A DNA stretch of 64,000 nt from assembly GCA_965237415.1 (NCBI GenBank), contig CBDEFM010000002.1:3520001-3584000 (forward strand), in the 5' to 3' direction. The DNA comes from Alphaproteobacteria bacterium. Its GTDB lineage: Bacteria > Pseudomonadota > Alphaproteobacteria > UBA828. The notes beneath the pieces are model-generated. The model was not told the DNA's origin, made no database searches, and was given only the letters and a program-made list of their open reading frames with translations. Below are positions 11,688-21,377 of this stretch, one piece after another (the first letter of the stretch is position 1; each line of letters opens with the position of its first letter). A program made the position numbers and the translations under genes.

Positions 11688-12602
11688 ATGACTCCGCAGC
11701 AAACCCTCAAATCGGCCATTCATTGCGCCGGCATCGGCGTACACAGCAATCGCAAGGTGCGCATGGAGCTGCGCCCGGCGCCGCCGGGTACCGGCATCGT
11801 GTTTTGCCGCACCGACCAGCCGGCGGGCTCCTGTCGAACGATCGAGGCGGTCTACGGGAACGTCGTGGACGCGACTCTCTGCACGGCGATCGGCAACGGC
11901 AGGGTCTCGGTGCGGACGATCGAGCACCTCATGGCCGCATTTGCCGGTTGCGGAATCGACAATGCGGTGGTCGAGCTGGACAGCGAGGAGGTTCCCGCGA
12001 TGGACGGGAGCGCCGCGCCATTCGTCTTTCTCATCGAATGCGCCGGAGTCGTCGAGCAATGCGCCCCCCGGCGCATGATCGAGGTGCTGAAGCCGGTCAG
12101 GCTCGGCGACGAGAACCGGCATATCAGCGTCACCCCGGCAGAGAGGTTTTCCATTCGCTGCGAAATCGACTTCGATCATCCTGCTCTAGGGTATCAGTCG
12201 GTCGTTTTCGATCCGCTCTGCTCCAGCTTCCGCGCCGAGATTGCGCGGGCGCGAACCTTCTGCAGGGAATCGGATGTGGAGAGCATCCTGGCTGCCGGCA
12301 TGGGCCGCGGCGGGTCTCTGGAGAATACCGTGGTCATCGGTGAGGACGGCCCTCTCAACGAGGGCGGTCTGCGCTATGCCGACGAGTGCGCGCGGCACAA
12401 GGCGCTCGACTGCTTCGGCGACCTCTACCTTGCCGGTGCGCCGATAATCGGTCACGTCCGCTGCCTGCGCTCCGGCCACGGCATGAACCACGCGCTCCTC
12501 TCCGCCCTGTTGGAGGATCCCGATGCGTGGCGGTTCACCGGAGCGGAGCACGATGCGGGCTTTGGTGAGCCGGACCGCGAACCGGTTGCCGCCATCGCGT
12601 AA
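11688..12602 (+). CDS. lpxC: UDP-3-O-acyl-GlcNAc deacetylase (start uncertain: ATG 11688 or GTG 11652)
   Basis: GIGVHS, TIEHLMAA, GIDN, PAMDGSA, ARARTF, HKALDCFGDL, SGH. Confidence 0.96.
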   Translation: MTPQQTLKSAIHCAGIGVHSNRKVRMELRPAPPGTGIVFCRTDQPAGSCRTIEAVYGNVVDATLCTAIGNGRVSVRTIEHLMAAFAGCGIDNAVVELDSEEVPAMDGSAAPFVFLIECAGVVEQCAPRRMIEVLKPVRLGDENRHISVTPAERFSIRCEIDFDHPALGYQSVVFDPLCSSFRAEIARARTFCRESDVESILAAGMGRGGSLENTVVIGEDGPLNEGGLRYADECARHKALDCFGDLYLAGAPIIGHVRCLRSGHGMNHALLSALLEDPDAWRFTGAEHDAGFGEPDREPVAAIA

Positions 12603-12770
12603 TCCGACGCCGCTGAACGGCGGTGCTGCGCGTCTGACTCCCAGTCCCCAAGGTTCGAGAGCGGTGAGCGTTGCCGACGCGTGCCGCCTACGCCGCGCGG
12701 ACCGGTCTGTCCCGCACACTCCGCCGGCGCCCGACATAGACCCCCGATCAACCGCGATGAGAACAGAACG

Positions 12771-13793
12771 GTGAAGGCCTGGGAGCTCGGCACGCAGCAA
12801 GGCAGCGTCGACAGCCTGCGGATCGTCGAACGACCCGATCCCGTGCCGGCAGCAGGCGAGGCCGTGGTCAGAATGCGGGCCAGCTCGCTCAACTATCGGG
12901 ATCACATGATTCTCAACCTGATCGACAGTGCGCCCAAGCCGGCCAATAGGATTCCCCTGAGCGACGGTGCCGGCGAGGTCGTGGCGGTGGGCGACGGTGT
13001 GGACTCGGTCAAGCCCGGCGACCGGGTGATGGTGAGCTTTTTCACCGGCTGGCTCGATGGCCCGCTCCAACCCTCTCATTTCGGCACCGACCTCGGCGGC
13101 GGTTGCGACGGGACCCTGGTGGAGCTTGCTGCCTTCCCGGCATCGTCGCTCGTCGCAATCCCCGATTCACTGAGCGACGAAGAGGCCGCCTGCCTACCCT
13201 GCGCCGCGCTCACCGCCTGGGTCTCGCTGGTCGAGTTCGGGCAGATGAAGGCGGGCGACACGGTGCTGTTGCTCGGCACGGGCGGTGTGTCCATCTTCGG
13301 TCTTCAATTCGCGCAGATGATGGGGGCCGACGCGGTCATCACCTCCTCGAGCGACGAGAAGCTCGCCCGCGCCCACGCGCTGGGCGCCGCCCAAGGCATC
13401 AACTACACGCGCGATCCGGCCTGGGGAAGGACCGTCGCCGAGTTGACCGGCGGCGCCGATCTCATCATCGAGACCGGCGGCGCCGCCACCCTCGCGCAGA
13501 GCATCGAGGTCGCCGCCTTCCACGCGCGCATTGCGCTGATCGGCATGCTGGGCGGAGTCGGCATCCAGAACGACCCGCTCGCGCTAATCTGGAAGAACGT
13601 CCATCTCAAGGGCGTCCTGGTGGGCAGCCGGCGCGCCCTCGAAGAAATGACGAAGGCGATCGACCGTAACGGGCTCAAGCCGGTCATCGACCGGCGCTTC
13701 CCATTCGTCGAGGCGCCGGACGCCTATCGCCACCTCGCCTCCGGCGCGCATTTCGGGAAGGTCGTGATCTCCCACGACGACGCGACGGCGTAA
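12771..13793 (+). CDS. MDR-family NAD(P)-dependent oxidoreductase (zinc-binding alcohol dehydrogenase-like)
   Basis: SLNYRD, PLSDGAGEV, LPCAALTAW, GTGGVS, HFGKVVI. Confidence 0.9.
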   Translation: MKAWELGTQQGSVDSLRIVERPDPVPAAGEAVVRMRASSLNYRDHMILNLIDSAPKPANRIPLSDGAGEVVAVGDGVDSVKPGDRVMVSFFTGWLDGPLQPSHFGTDLGGGCDGTLVELAAFPASSLVAIPDSLSDEEAACLPCAALTAWVSLVEFGQMKAGDTVLLLGTGGVSIFGLQFAQMMGADAVITSSSDEKLARAHALGAAQGINYTRDPAWGRTVAELTGGADLIIETGGAATLAQSIEVAAFHARIALIGMLGGVGIQNDPLALIWKNVHLKGVLVGSRRALEEMTKAIDRNGLKPVIDRRFPFVEAPDAYRHLASGAHFGKVVISHDDATA

Positions 13794-13806
13794 TCCCAGC
13801 GCCCCG

Positions 13807-14253
13807 TCAGTAGGTGTTCAGCTTTTCGAGGTTGGTCTTCCGCAGCTCATCCTCGGTCAGGCCGAGATCGTAGGCGGGCGAGAGGATCATCTCGGCCGCC
13901 GCTACCGCAATCCGCACATAGGCGCTCATGCGGGGCCGGTACGGACCCCACGCGGCATCGAAGGCGTCATGGAGAGCGGCATCGGCGTCGCCCTGGCGAA
14001 CGATCGTGGCCATGCCTGTGACCCGCACGGCCCTGCGGGTGACGACGTCGGTGAAGCAGACCTCGATTGCGGGATTGCGACGCAGGTTCGCGACCGTCCC
14101 CGGCGAGCGGATATGGCCGAAGGCGAGGGTTCGGTTGTCAAGAATCACGAATGTCGCCTTGGGCGAGACCGACGGCGTGCCGTCGGCGTTCACGGTCGCA
14201 ACGGCGCCGGCGGAAAACCGTCCAATCAGCGTCTGCATCTCCTCGGTCAGCAT
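13807..14253 (-). CDS. Pyridoxamine 5'-phosphate oxidase-like (split-barrel FMN-binding) protein
   Basis: VATVNADGTPSVSPK, SPGTVANLRRNPAIEV; GGAG-like RBS before ATG. Confidence 0.82.
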   Translation of the reverse strand: MLTEEMQTLIGRFSAGAVATVNADGTPSVSPKATFVILDNRTLAFGHIRSPGTVANLRRNPAIEVCFTDVVTRRAVRVTGMATIVRQGDADAALHDAFDAAWGPYRPRMSAYVRIAVAAAEMILSPAYDLGLTEDELRKTNLEKLNTY

Positions 14254-14281
14254 CGGGCCCTCTCCGAAGGCGCAATTCGAA

Positions 14282-14749
14282 TTAGGGGTTCGGCCCCCAG
14301 TCGGGGTCGTCGCTCGGCGCGGCCGGGATCTCGCCCGCGAGCAGGCCCTTGCCCGGGATGTGGTTGATCTCCAGGCGAATACCGTCCGGATCCTCGAAGA
14401 CCACGAAATAGTAGCCGGGCGCCCATTCCCGCTCCATCGGCCCGCGATCGATCTTCGCGCCCATCTCGCGCAACTTCGCTGCCGCCTTGTCCACGTCCTC
14501 GCGCGAGCGTGCGCGCAGGCAAAGGTGATGCAGCCCAACGCGGCTCTGCACGAAGCGCTCGCCTTCATAAGCCGGTGCCGCACGCTGAATGCCGAGCGCC
14601 GTACGCCCGCCCACGTGATAGACGAAGTTGTTGCCGTCGAAGACCTTGTGCATGCCGAGGAAGGGCAGCAGCTCGCAATAGAACGCCCGCGCTTCGTCGA
14701 AGCGGCTCACGGTCAGGACGACGTGCGCCATGCCGTTGATCTCGATCAT
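14282..14749 (-). CDS. VOC/glyoxalase family protein
   Basis: HVVLTV...RAFY, GLHHLCLR, YYFVVFEDPDGIRLEIN. Confidence 0.9.
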   Translation of the reverse strand: MIEINGMAHVVLTVSRFDEARAFYCELLPFLGMHKVFDGNNFVYHVGGRTALGIQRAAPAYEGERFVQSRVGLHHLCLRARSREDVDKAAAKLREMGAKIDRGPMEREWAPGYYFVVFEDPDGIRLEINHIPGKGLLAGEIPAAPSDDPDWGPNP

Positions 14750-14786
14750 GGGGCTTCTCTCAATCGCCGAGCACCGTGTTATCTGG

Positions 14787-15845
14787 TCAGGCCGCCTTCG
14801 AGCCCTGCGGCGCACCGTCGCCGAGGCGGTTGAAGACGGCGAGCGATTCCTCGATCAGCGCCCGCTCCAGCCCGCGCACAATGAAGACGACGCGGGATTG
14901 GCGGCTTTCGTCCGGCCAGGCGTCGAGGTGAATCGGTGGATGAATGATGTGTTGCACGCCGTTGATGACGACCGGCGTATCGGCGCCCTCGACATTAAGC
15001 AGCCCCTTGACCCGCAGGATGTGCTCGCCGTGGGTGTGTAGCAGCATGGTGAGCCAGATGCCGAAGACGGTCCAATCAATCGGCTCGTCATGGATCAGGC
15101 AGAAGGCGTGGATGCTGGCGTCGTGCCGGTTGACGTCGTGGCCATGCCCTGTATGCGCATGGGATGCAGCCGCCTCCGCCTCGATCCAGCGCAGCACCTC
15201 CCCACCCTTGGCGGCGGCATCGTAGACGTCGGCGCGGAGAACGCGCTCCACGTCGACCGCGCCGTGCTGGCCGATCAGGAACTCGGCGGAGGGGTTGATC
15301 TGCTCCAGGCGATGTCTCAGCGCTTCCGCCGCCTCCGGCTCCGCGATATCGGTCTTGGTCAGCACGATGCGGTCCGCCACCGCCGCCTGCTTGCGCGGTT
15401 CCTCCTGGCGCTCAAGCTGGTCGAGACCGTTCACGGCATCGACCGTGGTGATGATCGTGCCGAGCCGATAGTGGTGGCGGATCGACACGTCGTTCATGAG
15501 CGTCGCCAGGATGGGCGCGGGATCGGCAAGGCCCGTGGTCTCGACGATCACGCGGCGATAGGGCGGCACGATGCCTCTGGCCCGCTTGTCGTGGACCTCC
15601 ATGATCGCCTGCTTGAGGTCGTCGCGGATCGTGCAGCAGAGACAGCCGCTTGAAAGCAGGACCGTGCTCTCGTCTACCGCTTCGACGAGCTGATGGTCGA
15701 TGCCGACCTCGCCGAACTCGTTGATGAGGACTGCCGCATCGCCGAGCGCGGGGTGCTTCAGCAGGCGGTTGAGCAGCGTCGTCTTGCCGCTGCCCAGGAA
15801 ACCCGTCAGCACGATGATCGGCGTCAGCTCACTATAGGCGCTCAG
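14787..15845 (-). CDS. COG0523/CobW-family G3E GTPase metallochaperone (start uncertain: CTG 15845 or GTG 15914)
   Basis: [28 protein letters not shown], His-rich linker, LRVKG, VQH. Confidence 0.92.
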   Translation of the reverse strand: MSAYSELTPIIVLTGFLGSGKTTLLNRLLKHPALGDAAVLINEFGEVGIDHQLVEAVDESTVLLSSGCLCCTIRDDLKQAIMEVHDKRARGIVPPYRRVIVETTGLADPAPILATLMNDVSIRHHYRLGTIITTVDAVNGLDQLERQEEPRKQAAVADRIVLTKTDIAEPEAAEALRHRLEQINPSAEFLIGQHGAVDVERVLRADVYDAAAKGGEVLRWIEAEAAASHAHTGHGHDVNRHDASIHAFCLIHDEPIDWTVFGIWLTMLLHTHGEHILRVKGLLNVEGADTPVVINGVQHIIHPPIHLDAWPDESRQSRVVFIVRGLERALIEESLAVFNRLGDGAPQGSKAA

Positions 15846-15929
15846 CGCAATGACTCCTGCATCGCATTCGCTCCGGGGCCTGGGCGACAGGCGGGCGTTG
15901 GGGCAGGTTGGCACCTACCTCGGAGGCGT

Positions 15930-16823
15930 TCAGGCCGCATCCTCGGCCGCAATGCTGCCCTTGCGTCGATGGTGCTTCGCCTCCTCGGCAACCGCCGATG
16001 CATCCGCGTCGTAGACGAGCCGGTCAGCGCCCGCGAGCGTGATGAAGCGCTTGCCGCGCGCGCGCCCGATCAGCGTAAGCCCGGCCTGACGGGCGAGCTC
16101 GACACCCCAGGCGGTAAAGCCCGAGCGCGAGATCAGGATCGGTATGCCCATCGTCACGGTCTTGATCACCATCTCGCTAGTGAGCCGCCCGGTGGTGTAC
16201 ATGATCTTGCCGGAGGCACCGATGCCGTGGCGGAACATGTAGCCCGCAATCTTGTCGATGGCGTTGTGCCGCCCGACATCCTCCATGTAGACGAGGGGCC
16301 GCGCCTCCTCGCACAGCACGCAGCCGTGGATTGCGCCGGCCGCGAGGTAGAGGCTCGGCTGCATGTTGATCGCCCGGCTCAGTGCATAGAGCGACGAGGT
16401 CTTGAGGCGGGCCTCCGGGTCCAGCACCGTCGCCTCGAAGCGCTCCATCAGGTCGCCGAACACGGTGCCCTGGGCGCAGCCGGAGGTGAGGGTCTTCTTG
16501 CGGAGCGTCGCCTCGTAATCGGTCGCGCGCCTGGTGCGGACGACGACCGTCTCGATGTCCTCGTCGTAGTCGACGGCCGTCACCTCGTCGTCCTGGCGCA
16601 GCATGTTCTGGTTGAGCAGGTAGCCGAGCGCCAGGTAGTCCGGGTAGTCGCGGATCGTCATCACCGTGACGATCTCCTGCGAATTGAGGAAGAGCGTCAG
16701 CGGGCGTTCCTCGACGACGCGAGCCTCGATCGCCGCGCCATCCTGATCCACGCCGCCCAAGAGGCGGGTGAGGCGCCCATCCTCTGGGTCCGGCTTGACG
16801 ATGAATCGACGCTCATTGTCCAT
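15930..16823 (-). CDS. fdhD: Formate dehydrogenase accessory sulfurtransferase
   Basis: [41 protein letters not shown]. Confidence 0.93.
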   Translation of the reverse strand: MDNERRFIVKPDPEDGRLTRLLGGVDQDGAAIEARVVEERPLTLFLNSQEIVTVMTIRDYPDYLALGYLLNQNMLRQDDEVTAVDYDEDIETVVVRTRRATDYEATLRKKTLTSGCAQGTVFGDLMERFEATVLDPEARLKTSSLYALSRAINMQPSLYLAAGAIHGCVLCEEARPLVYMEDVGRHNAIDKIAGYMFRHGIGASGKIMYTTGRLTSEMVIKTVTMGIPILISRSGFTAWGVELARQAGLTLIGRARGKRFITLAGADRLVYDADASAVAEEAKHHRRKGSIAAEDAA

Positions 16824-16949
16824 GACGCGCAGGGTGCCACGCTCTCGCACCGGGTTCCAGAACTCCTCGATTGCCATTCGCGGCAGTTGGCTCCCGTTCC
16901 CGACGGCGCTCTGCGATACTATCGAAGGAAGCGCTGGAGTCGCCGACTC

Positions 16950-18386
16950 ATGACACGCAAGACATCCCCGGCCGTGCCGCCGGCGCCCGAGGCGACCGCG
17001 GGCAACGCGCCCAACCGCATGTGGGGCAGCCGCTTCGAGGTGTCGCCCGACGAGGTGATGGAGGCGATCAACGCCTCCATCGACTTCGACCGGAGGCTCT
17101 ACGCCGAGGATATCGCGGGCTCCGTCGCTCACGTCACCATGCTGGCGGCGCAAGGGATCGTGACGCAACAAGACGCGGACGCGATTACGGAAGGCTTGCA
17201 CCAGGTGCGGGATGAAATCGAGGCCGGAGGCTTCCCCTTCGACCGCGCGCTCGAAGACATCCACATGAATATCGAGGCTCGGCTTGCCGCGCTGATCGGC
17301 CCGGCCGCCGGCCGCCTCCACACCGCCCGCTCACGCAACGACCAGGTCGCGACCGATCTGCGTCTCTGGCTGCGGGCGCGTCTGGACCAGGCCGACGAGG
17401 CCTGCCGTGGGCTTCAGGCCGCACTTATCGACCGGGCCGAGGAGCACGTGGCCACCGTCATGCCGGGCTTCACTCACCTGCAGGTGGCGCAGCCGGTCTC
17501 CTTCGGCCACCACTTGCTGGCTTATGTCGAGATGATAGGTCGCGACCGGGGGCGGCTTGCCGATTGCCGCGGGCGCCTGAACGAGTCACCGCTCGGCGCC
17601 GCCGCGCTGGCCGGCACTTCGTATCCGATAAACCGAGCCATGACCGCAGAGCTCCTCGGCTTCGACCGGCCTTCGGCCAATTCCATCGACGCAGTCTCCG
17701 ACCGCGACTTCGTGGTGGAGGCGCTGGCGGCGGCGTCGCTGGTCGCCATGCATCTCTCGCGGCTCGCGGAGGAGCTCGTGCTCTGGTCGAGCGCGCAGTT
17801 CGGCTTCATCGCACTCTCCGACCGCTTTTCGACTGGCAGCTCCATCATGCCGCAGAAGCGAAACCCCGACGCCGCCGAGTTGGTGCGGGGCAAGACTGGG
17901 CGCATCGTCGGCGCGCTGATCGGCGTCCTCGTCGTGATGAAGGGCCTCGCGCTCACCTATTCGAAGGACATGCAGGAGGACAAAGAACCCCTCTTCGATG
18001 CCTTCGATTCGCTCGCGCTCTGTCTTGCAGCCGCGACCGGCATGGTCCGCGACATGACCGTGAAGGCGGACGCGATGGCTCGCGCCGCCGGGACCGGCCA
18101 CGCGACGGCAACCGACCTCGCCGACTGGTTGGTGCAGGAGGTGGGTGTTCCCTTCCGCGAAGCCCACGCGATCACCGGGCAAATCGTGAAGCTCGCCGAC
18201 GAGAAAGGCTGCGATCTCAAGGATCTGGCGCTCGCCGACCTGCAGGCCATCACGCCGCGGATCACCGCCGATGTGGTGGCGCTACTCGACCCCGCCCAAG
18301 CCATCGCACGCCGCACCAGCGAGGGCGGCACCGCGCCGAGCGAGGTGGCGAAGCAAGTTGTACGCGCCCGGCAGCGTTTTCTATAG
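16950..18386 (+). CDS. argH: Argininosuccinate lyase
   Basis: [43 protein letters not shown]. Confidence 0.97.
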   Translation: MTRKTSPAVPPAPEATAGNAPNRMWGSRFEVSPDEVMEAINASIDFDRRLYAEDIAGSVAHVTMLAAQGIVTQQDADAITEGLHQVRDEIEAGGFPFDRALEDIHMNIEARLAALIGPAAGRLHTARSRNDQVATDLRLWLRARLDQADEACRGLQAALIDRAEEHVATVMPGFTHLQVAQPVSFGHHLLAYVEMIGRDRGRLADCRGRLNESPLGAAALAGTSYPINRAMTAELLGFDRPSANSIDAVSDRDFVVEALAAASLVAMHLSRLAEELVLWSSAQFGFIALSDRFSTGSSIMPQKRNPDAAELVRGKTGRIVGALIGVLVVMKGLALTYSKDMQEDKEPLFDAFDSLALCLAAATGMVRDMTVKADAMARAAGTGHATATDLADWLVQEVGVPFREAHAITGQIVKLADEKGCDLKDLALADLQAITPRITADVVALLDPAQAIARRTSEGGTAPSEVAKQVVRARQRFL

Positions 18387-18434
18387 AGGTGCGCCCCGGT
18401 TGCAGCGCCGGGGTCGCGCGGAGGGCCGGATCGT

Positions 18435-18587
18435 ATGATACGCAAACTCAGCCTCCTGATGACGATCGTCACCGCGATCGGCCTGATCGTGGCCTTGTCG
18501 AGCTGCGGCAGAAAGGCGCCGCTTGAGCCGCCGCCCGCAGACGCCCAGGCCCCACCCCAGGCTGCGCCCATCCAAACGCTCGCCTGA
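18435..18587 (+). CDS. lptM: 50-aa lipoprotein, LptM/YifL family (absent from ORF track)
   Basis: Manual translation MIRKLSLLMTIVTAIGLIVALSSCGRKAPLEPPP...; lipobox LSSC followed by CGRKxPL; argH-lipoprotein-lysA synteny. Confidence 0.85.
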   Translation: MIRKLSLLMTIVTAIGLIVALSSCGRKAPLEPPPADAQAPPQAAPIQTLA

Positions 18588-18599
18588 CGGGAGACCGCC

Positions 18600-19868
18600 G
18601 TGGACGCTTTCGTCTATCGGGAGGAGAACGGCAGCCGCGTGCTCCATGCCGAGGGGGTTTCGCTCACCGCCGTCGCGGCGCGCTTCGGCACGCCGACGTA
18701 TTGCTACGCGAACGCCGCGCTGGTTGCCCGCTACCAGGCGCTCGGCGCCGCCGCGCCCCATGCGCTCATCTGCTACTCGATCAAGGCGAACGACAACCTC
18801 GCGGTGATCCGCACCCTGGCCCGCCTCGGCTCCGGCGCCGATATCATCTCGGGCGGCGAGCTGCGTCGCGCACTCCAGGCCGGCATCGCGCCGGAGCGGC
18901 TGGTGTTCGCCGGGCCCGGCAAGACGTGCGAGGAGATGGAGCTCGCGCTCGCCAGCGGGGTCGGGCAGTTCAACGTGGAATCCCCCGCCGAGCTTGAAGC
19001 TCTCGCCTCGGCGGCCCGCGCGCAGGGCACGCAGGCGCCCGTGGCGCTCCGCGTGAACCCCGACGTCGATGCCGAAACCCACGACAAGATCGCTACCGGC
19101 CGCCGGGGCGACAAGTTCGGGATCGACGATGGCGACATCGCCGCGCTCTACGCCAGGGCGGCTGCGCTGGAGGGGATCGAGCCGGTTGGCCTTGCGGTGC
19201 ATATCGGCTCGCAGCTCTCGCGCCTCGCGCCCTTCGAGGCCGCCTACGAGCGGGTCATCACCCTGGTGGAGGACCTGCGCGCTGCCGGCCACCCGGTGGA
19301 GCAGATCAACCTCGGCGGCGGGCTTGGCGTGCGCTACCGGGACGAGACGCCGCCCCCCGTCGAGGCCTACGGTGCGCTGGTCGAGCGTGTCCGCCAGCGA
19401 CTCGGCGTCACGGCCATTATCGAGCCGGGCCGTTGGCTGGTGGCGCCGGCGGGGGTCCTGCTCACCCGCGTCATCGCGGTCAAGCAGGCGGGCGAGCGCC
19501 GCTGCGTGATTGTCGACGCCGCCATGAACGATCTGATGCGGCCCGCGCTCTACGATGCGTGGCACGCCATCGAGCCGGTGGCGGAGCCCGCGCCGGGCGT
19601 CTCCACGGTGGAGACCGACATCGCCGGGCCGGTCTGCGAGAGCGCCGATGTGCTGGGCCGCGCCCGCCCGTTACCACCGCTCGCCGCTGGCGACCTCCTG
19701 GCATTGCGCGATGTCGGGGCTTACGGCTCCGTCATGGCATCGACCTACAACAGTCGCCTGCTGGCTGCCGAGGTCATGGTGCGCGGCGACGCTCTTGCCT
19801 CGATCCGGCCGCGCCAGGACTACGAGACGCTGCTGGCCCGCGACCTGGTCCCGTCCTGGCTCGCTTGA
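18600..19868 (+). CDS. lysA: Diaminopimelate decarboxylase
   Basis: YSIKAN, SGGEL, LRVNPDV, HIGSQ, NLGGG, EPGR, GPVCES, GAYG. Confidence 0.96.
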   Translation: MDAFVYREENGSRVLHAEGVSLTAVAARFGTPTYCYANAALVARYQALGAAAPHALICYSIKANDNLAVIRTLARLGSGADIISGGELRRALQAGIAPERLVFAGPGKTCEEMELALASGVGQFNVESPAELEALASAARAQGTQAPVALRVNPDVDAETHDKIATGRRGDKFGIDDGDIAALYARAAALEGIEPVGLAVHIGSQLSRLAPFEAAYERVITLVEDLRAAGHPVEQINLGGGLGVRYRDETPPPVEAYGALVERVRQRLGVTAIIEPGRWLVAPAGVLLTRVIAVKQAGERRCVIVDAAMNDLMRPALYDAWHAIEPVAEPAPGVSTVETDIAGPVCESADVLGRARPLPPLAAGDLLALRDVGAYGSVMASTYNSRLLAAEVMVRGDALASIRPRQDYETLLARDLVPSWLA

Positions 19869-19897
19869 GTGCCGATTCTTCGCGGCGGCCTGCCGCG

Positions 19898-20527
19898 CTA
19901 CTCCTGACCGTCGGCGACGAAGCCGACAGAAACCCGCGCCGCCCCCTCCGGCGGGCTCGCGAGCCAACTTTCGAAGGCCGTCGATTGCCCGCCGTTCAGA
20001 ACCGGGGACACCGCAGCCACCCGCCAACGATGCAGTTCCGTGCCGGCCTCGTCGGCGAGTACCGCCTGCAGCGCAGGCACCGTGCGGCTGTACTCGATGG
20101 TGTTTTCGACGACTCCGCGGACGAGAAGAATTGCCCCGTTGCCCCCTTGCACGCGCTCCGACTCGATATCGGAGATGCGAAGGCCGTCGGCGTGCGGAAC
20201 CCTGATCGAGAGACCCGCCGAATCGTAGACGCCCACCGTGTCCGGCCACATGGCGACGATCACGTTGCGACCGAGCGCGAGCCCGGCAATCACGATCGCG
20301 ATGGCGAACCCGGCCACGAGCCAGCCGATCCAGTCGGAGCGGCTACGCTCGGTCGACGGTGGCGGCGACGACTGCCCGTTCGAGTTGGGTCGCGGGGCCG
20401 CACCGCCTTGCGGCAGCTCGAGCCAGACATGGCCGCAGCTCTTGCATCGCACCCGGCGTCCGGCCTCGCCGAGGGCGGACGGGTCGATCCGATAGCGCGT
20501 CGAGCAGGCGAAGCAACGTATGATCAT
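19898..20527 (-). CDS. MJ0042-type zinc-ribbon / TM / DUF3426 protein (ZitP-like)
   Basis: N-terminal CFAC...VRCKSCGHVW, one TM helix, periplasmic beta domain with GVVENT...VPAL. Confidence 0.82.
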   Translation of the reverse strand: MIIRCFACSTRYRIDPSALGEAGRRVRCKSCGHVWLELPQGGAAPRPNSNGQSSPPPSTERSRSDWIGWLVAGFAIAIVIAGLALGRNVIVAMWPDTVGVYDSAGLSIRVPHADGLRISDIESERVQGGNGAILLVRGVVENTIEYSRTVPALQAVLADEAGTELHRWRVAAVSPVLNGGQSTAFESWLASPPEGAARVSVGFVADGQE

Positions 20528-20687
20528 GGGGGAACGGGCAGGTGCCCTCTCTCCGAATCAGAACTTGTGGTACGGGCGGCGCGACCAAGTAACTTCATCG
20601 CCCGTGCTGTCAACCCCACATGGCCCGGCGGCGCTCGGACGCGCAGCCCGTATGCCCGCCGAACGGTGGCCGAATCGGCGGCCCAGC

Positions 20688-21377
20688 ATGGACTCTAGCC
20701 CGCGCGAGCGTGCCCGGCGATGGGCTCTCCGCGTCGTGCGCGCGGTGCTCTCGGCGGTCGCGCTCTTCGCACTCCTCTGGTCTGGCGGGCTCGCGTGGTT
20801 CGCGGAGGCATCGCGCGAAGGCTCGGACCGGCCGGAGCTGGCCACCGAGGTCATCGTCGTCCCCACCGGCGGCTCCGGAAGGCTGGAGGAAGGCTTACGC
20901 CTGCTTGAGAGCGGCGTCGCACAGATGCTCTTCGTGACCGGAGTCGGCGAGGGAGTGGAGCGCGCGGAGCTTCGCGAGCGCTACGATCCCGCGCTCTGGG
21001 CCTGCTGTGTGGAGCTCGGCTACGAGGCCGAGGATACCGAGTCGAACGCGCGGGAGGCGGCGGCTTGGATGGAAAGCCGCTCCTTTACCAGCCTGCGTCT
21101 GGTCACCAGCGGCTATCACATGCTGCGGGCCATGATGGAGTTCCGAAGCGCCTTGCCAAATGCTACTCTCGTGGCACATCCCGTGTTTCCGGAGCACGTT
21201 AAGGTAGAGCATTGGTGGCGCTATCGTGGGACCGCGGCCCTGATCGCGAGCGAGTTCACCAAATATCTGTGGGCACTGGCGCGCCGGACGCTCGGATTCG
21301 GCCTGGGCCGGCGCACACACTTGGGAACACGCTCCGCTCGGCACTCTGCACGGTCGCCTTCTACACCTGGGGGGTGA
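20688..21377 (+). CDS. YdcF/DUF218 family protein
   Basis: N-terminal TM, VVPTGGSGRL, DTESNA, LVTSGYHMLRA, SEFTK. Confidence 0.88.
   Translation: MDSSPRERARRWALRVVRAVLSAVALFALLWSGGLAWFAEASREGSDRPELATEVIVVPTGGSGRLEEGLRLLESGVAQMLFVTGVGEGVERAELRERYDPALWACCVELGYEAEDTESNAREAAAWMESRSFTSLRLVTSGYHMLRAMMEFRSALPNATLVAHPVFPEHVKVEHWWRYRGTAALIASEFTKYLWALARRTLGFGLGRRTHLGTRSARHSARSPSTPGG

Noticed and set aside
9416-11719. Very long antisense and alternate-frame ORFs (e.g. 767 aa opposite ftsZ, 611 aa opposite hydantoinase A, 520 aa opposite fusA)
   Set aside because: Expected shadow ORFs of high-GC codon usage; Arg/Pro/Ala-rich, motif-free and fully overlapping well-supported genes
12640-12670. GGTTCGA T-loop-like sequence after lpxC (possible tRNA remnant)
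   Set aside because: No T-stem pairing, cloverleaf or CCA end could be built
14787-15914. COG0523 GTPase as the NHase activator
   Set aside because: COG0523 activators serve Fe-type NHases; this NHase has the Co-type motif and its own adjacent P14K-like gene, and the GTPase is about 47 kb away
15693-16949. 897-aa ORF suggesting an N-terminally extended ArgH fusion
   Set aside because: The extension is the antisense shadow of fdhD; ArgH homology begins just after ATG 16950
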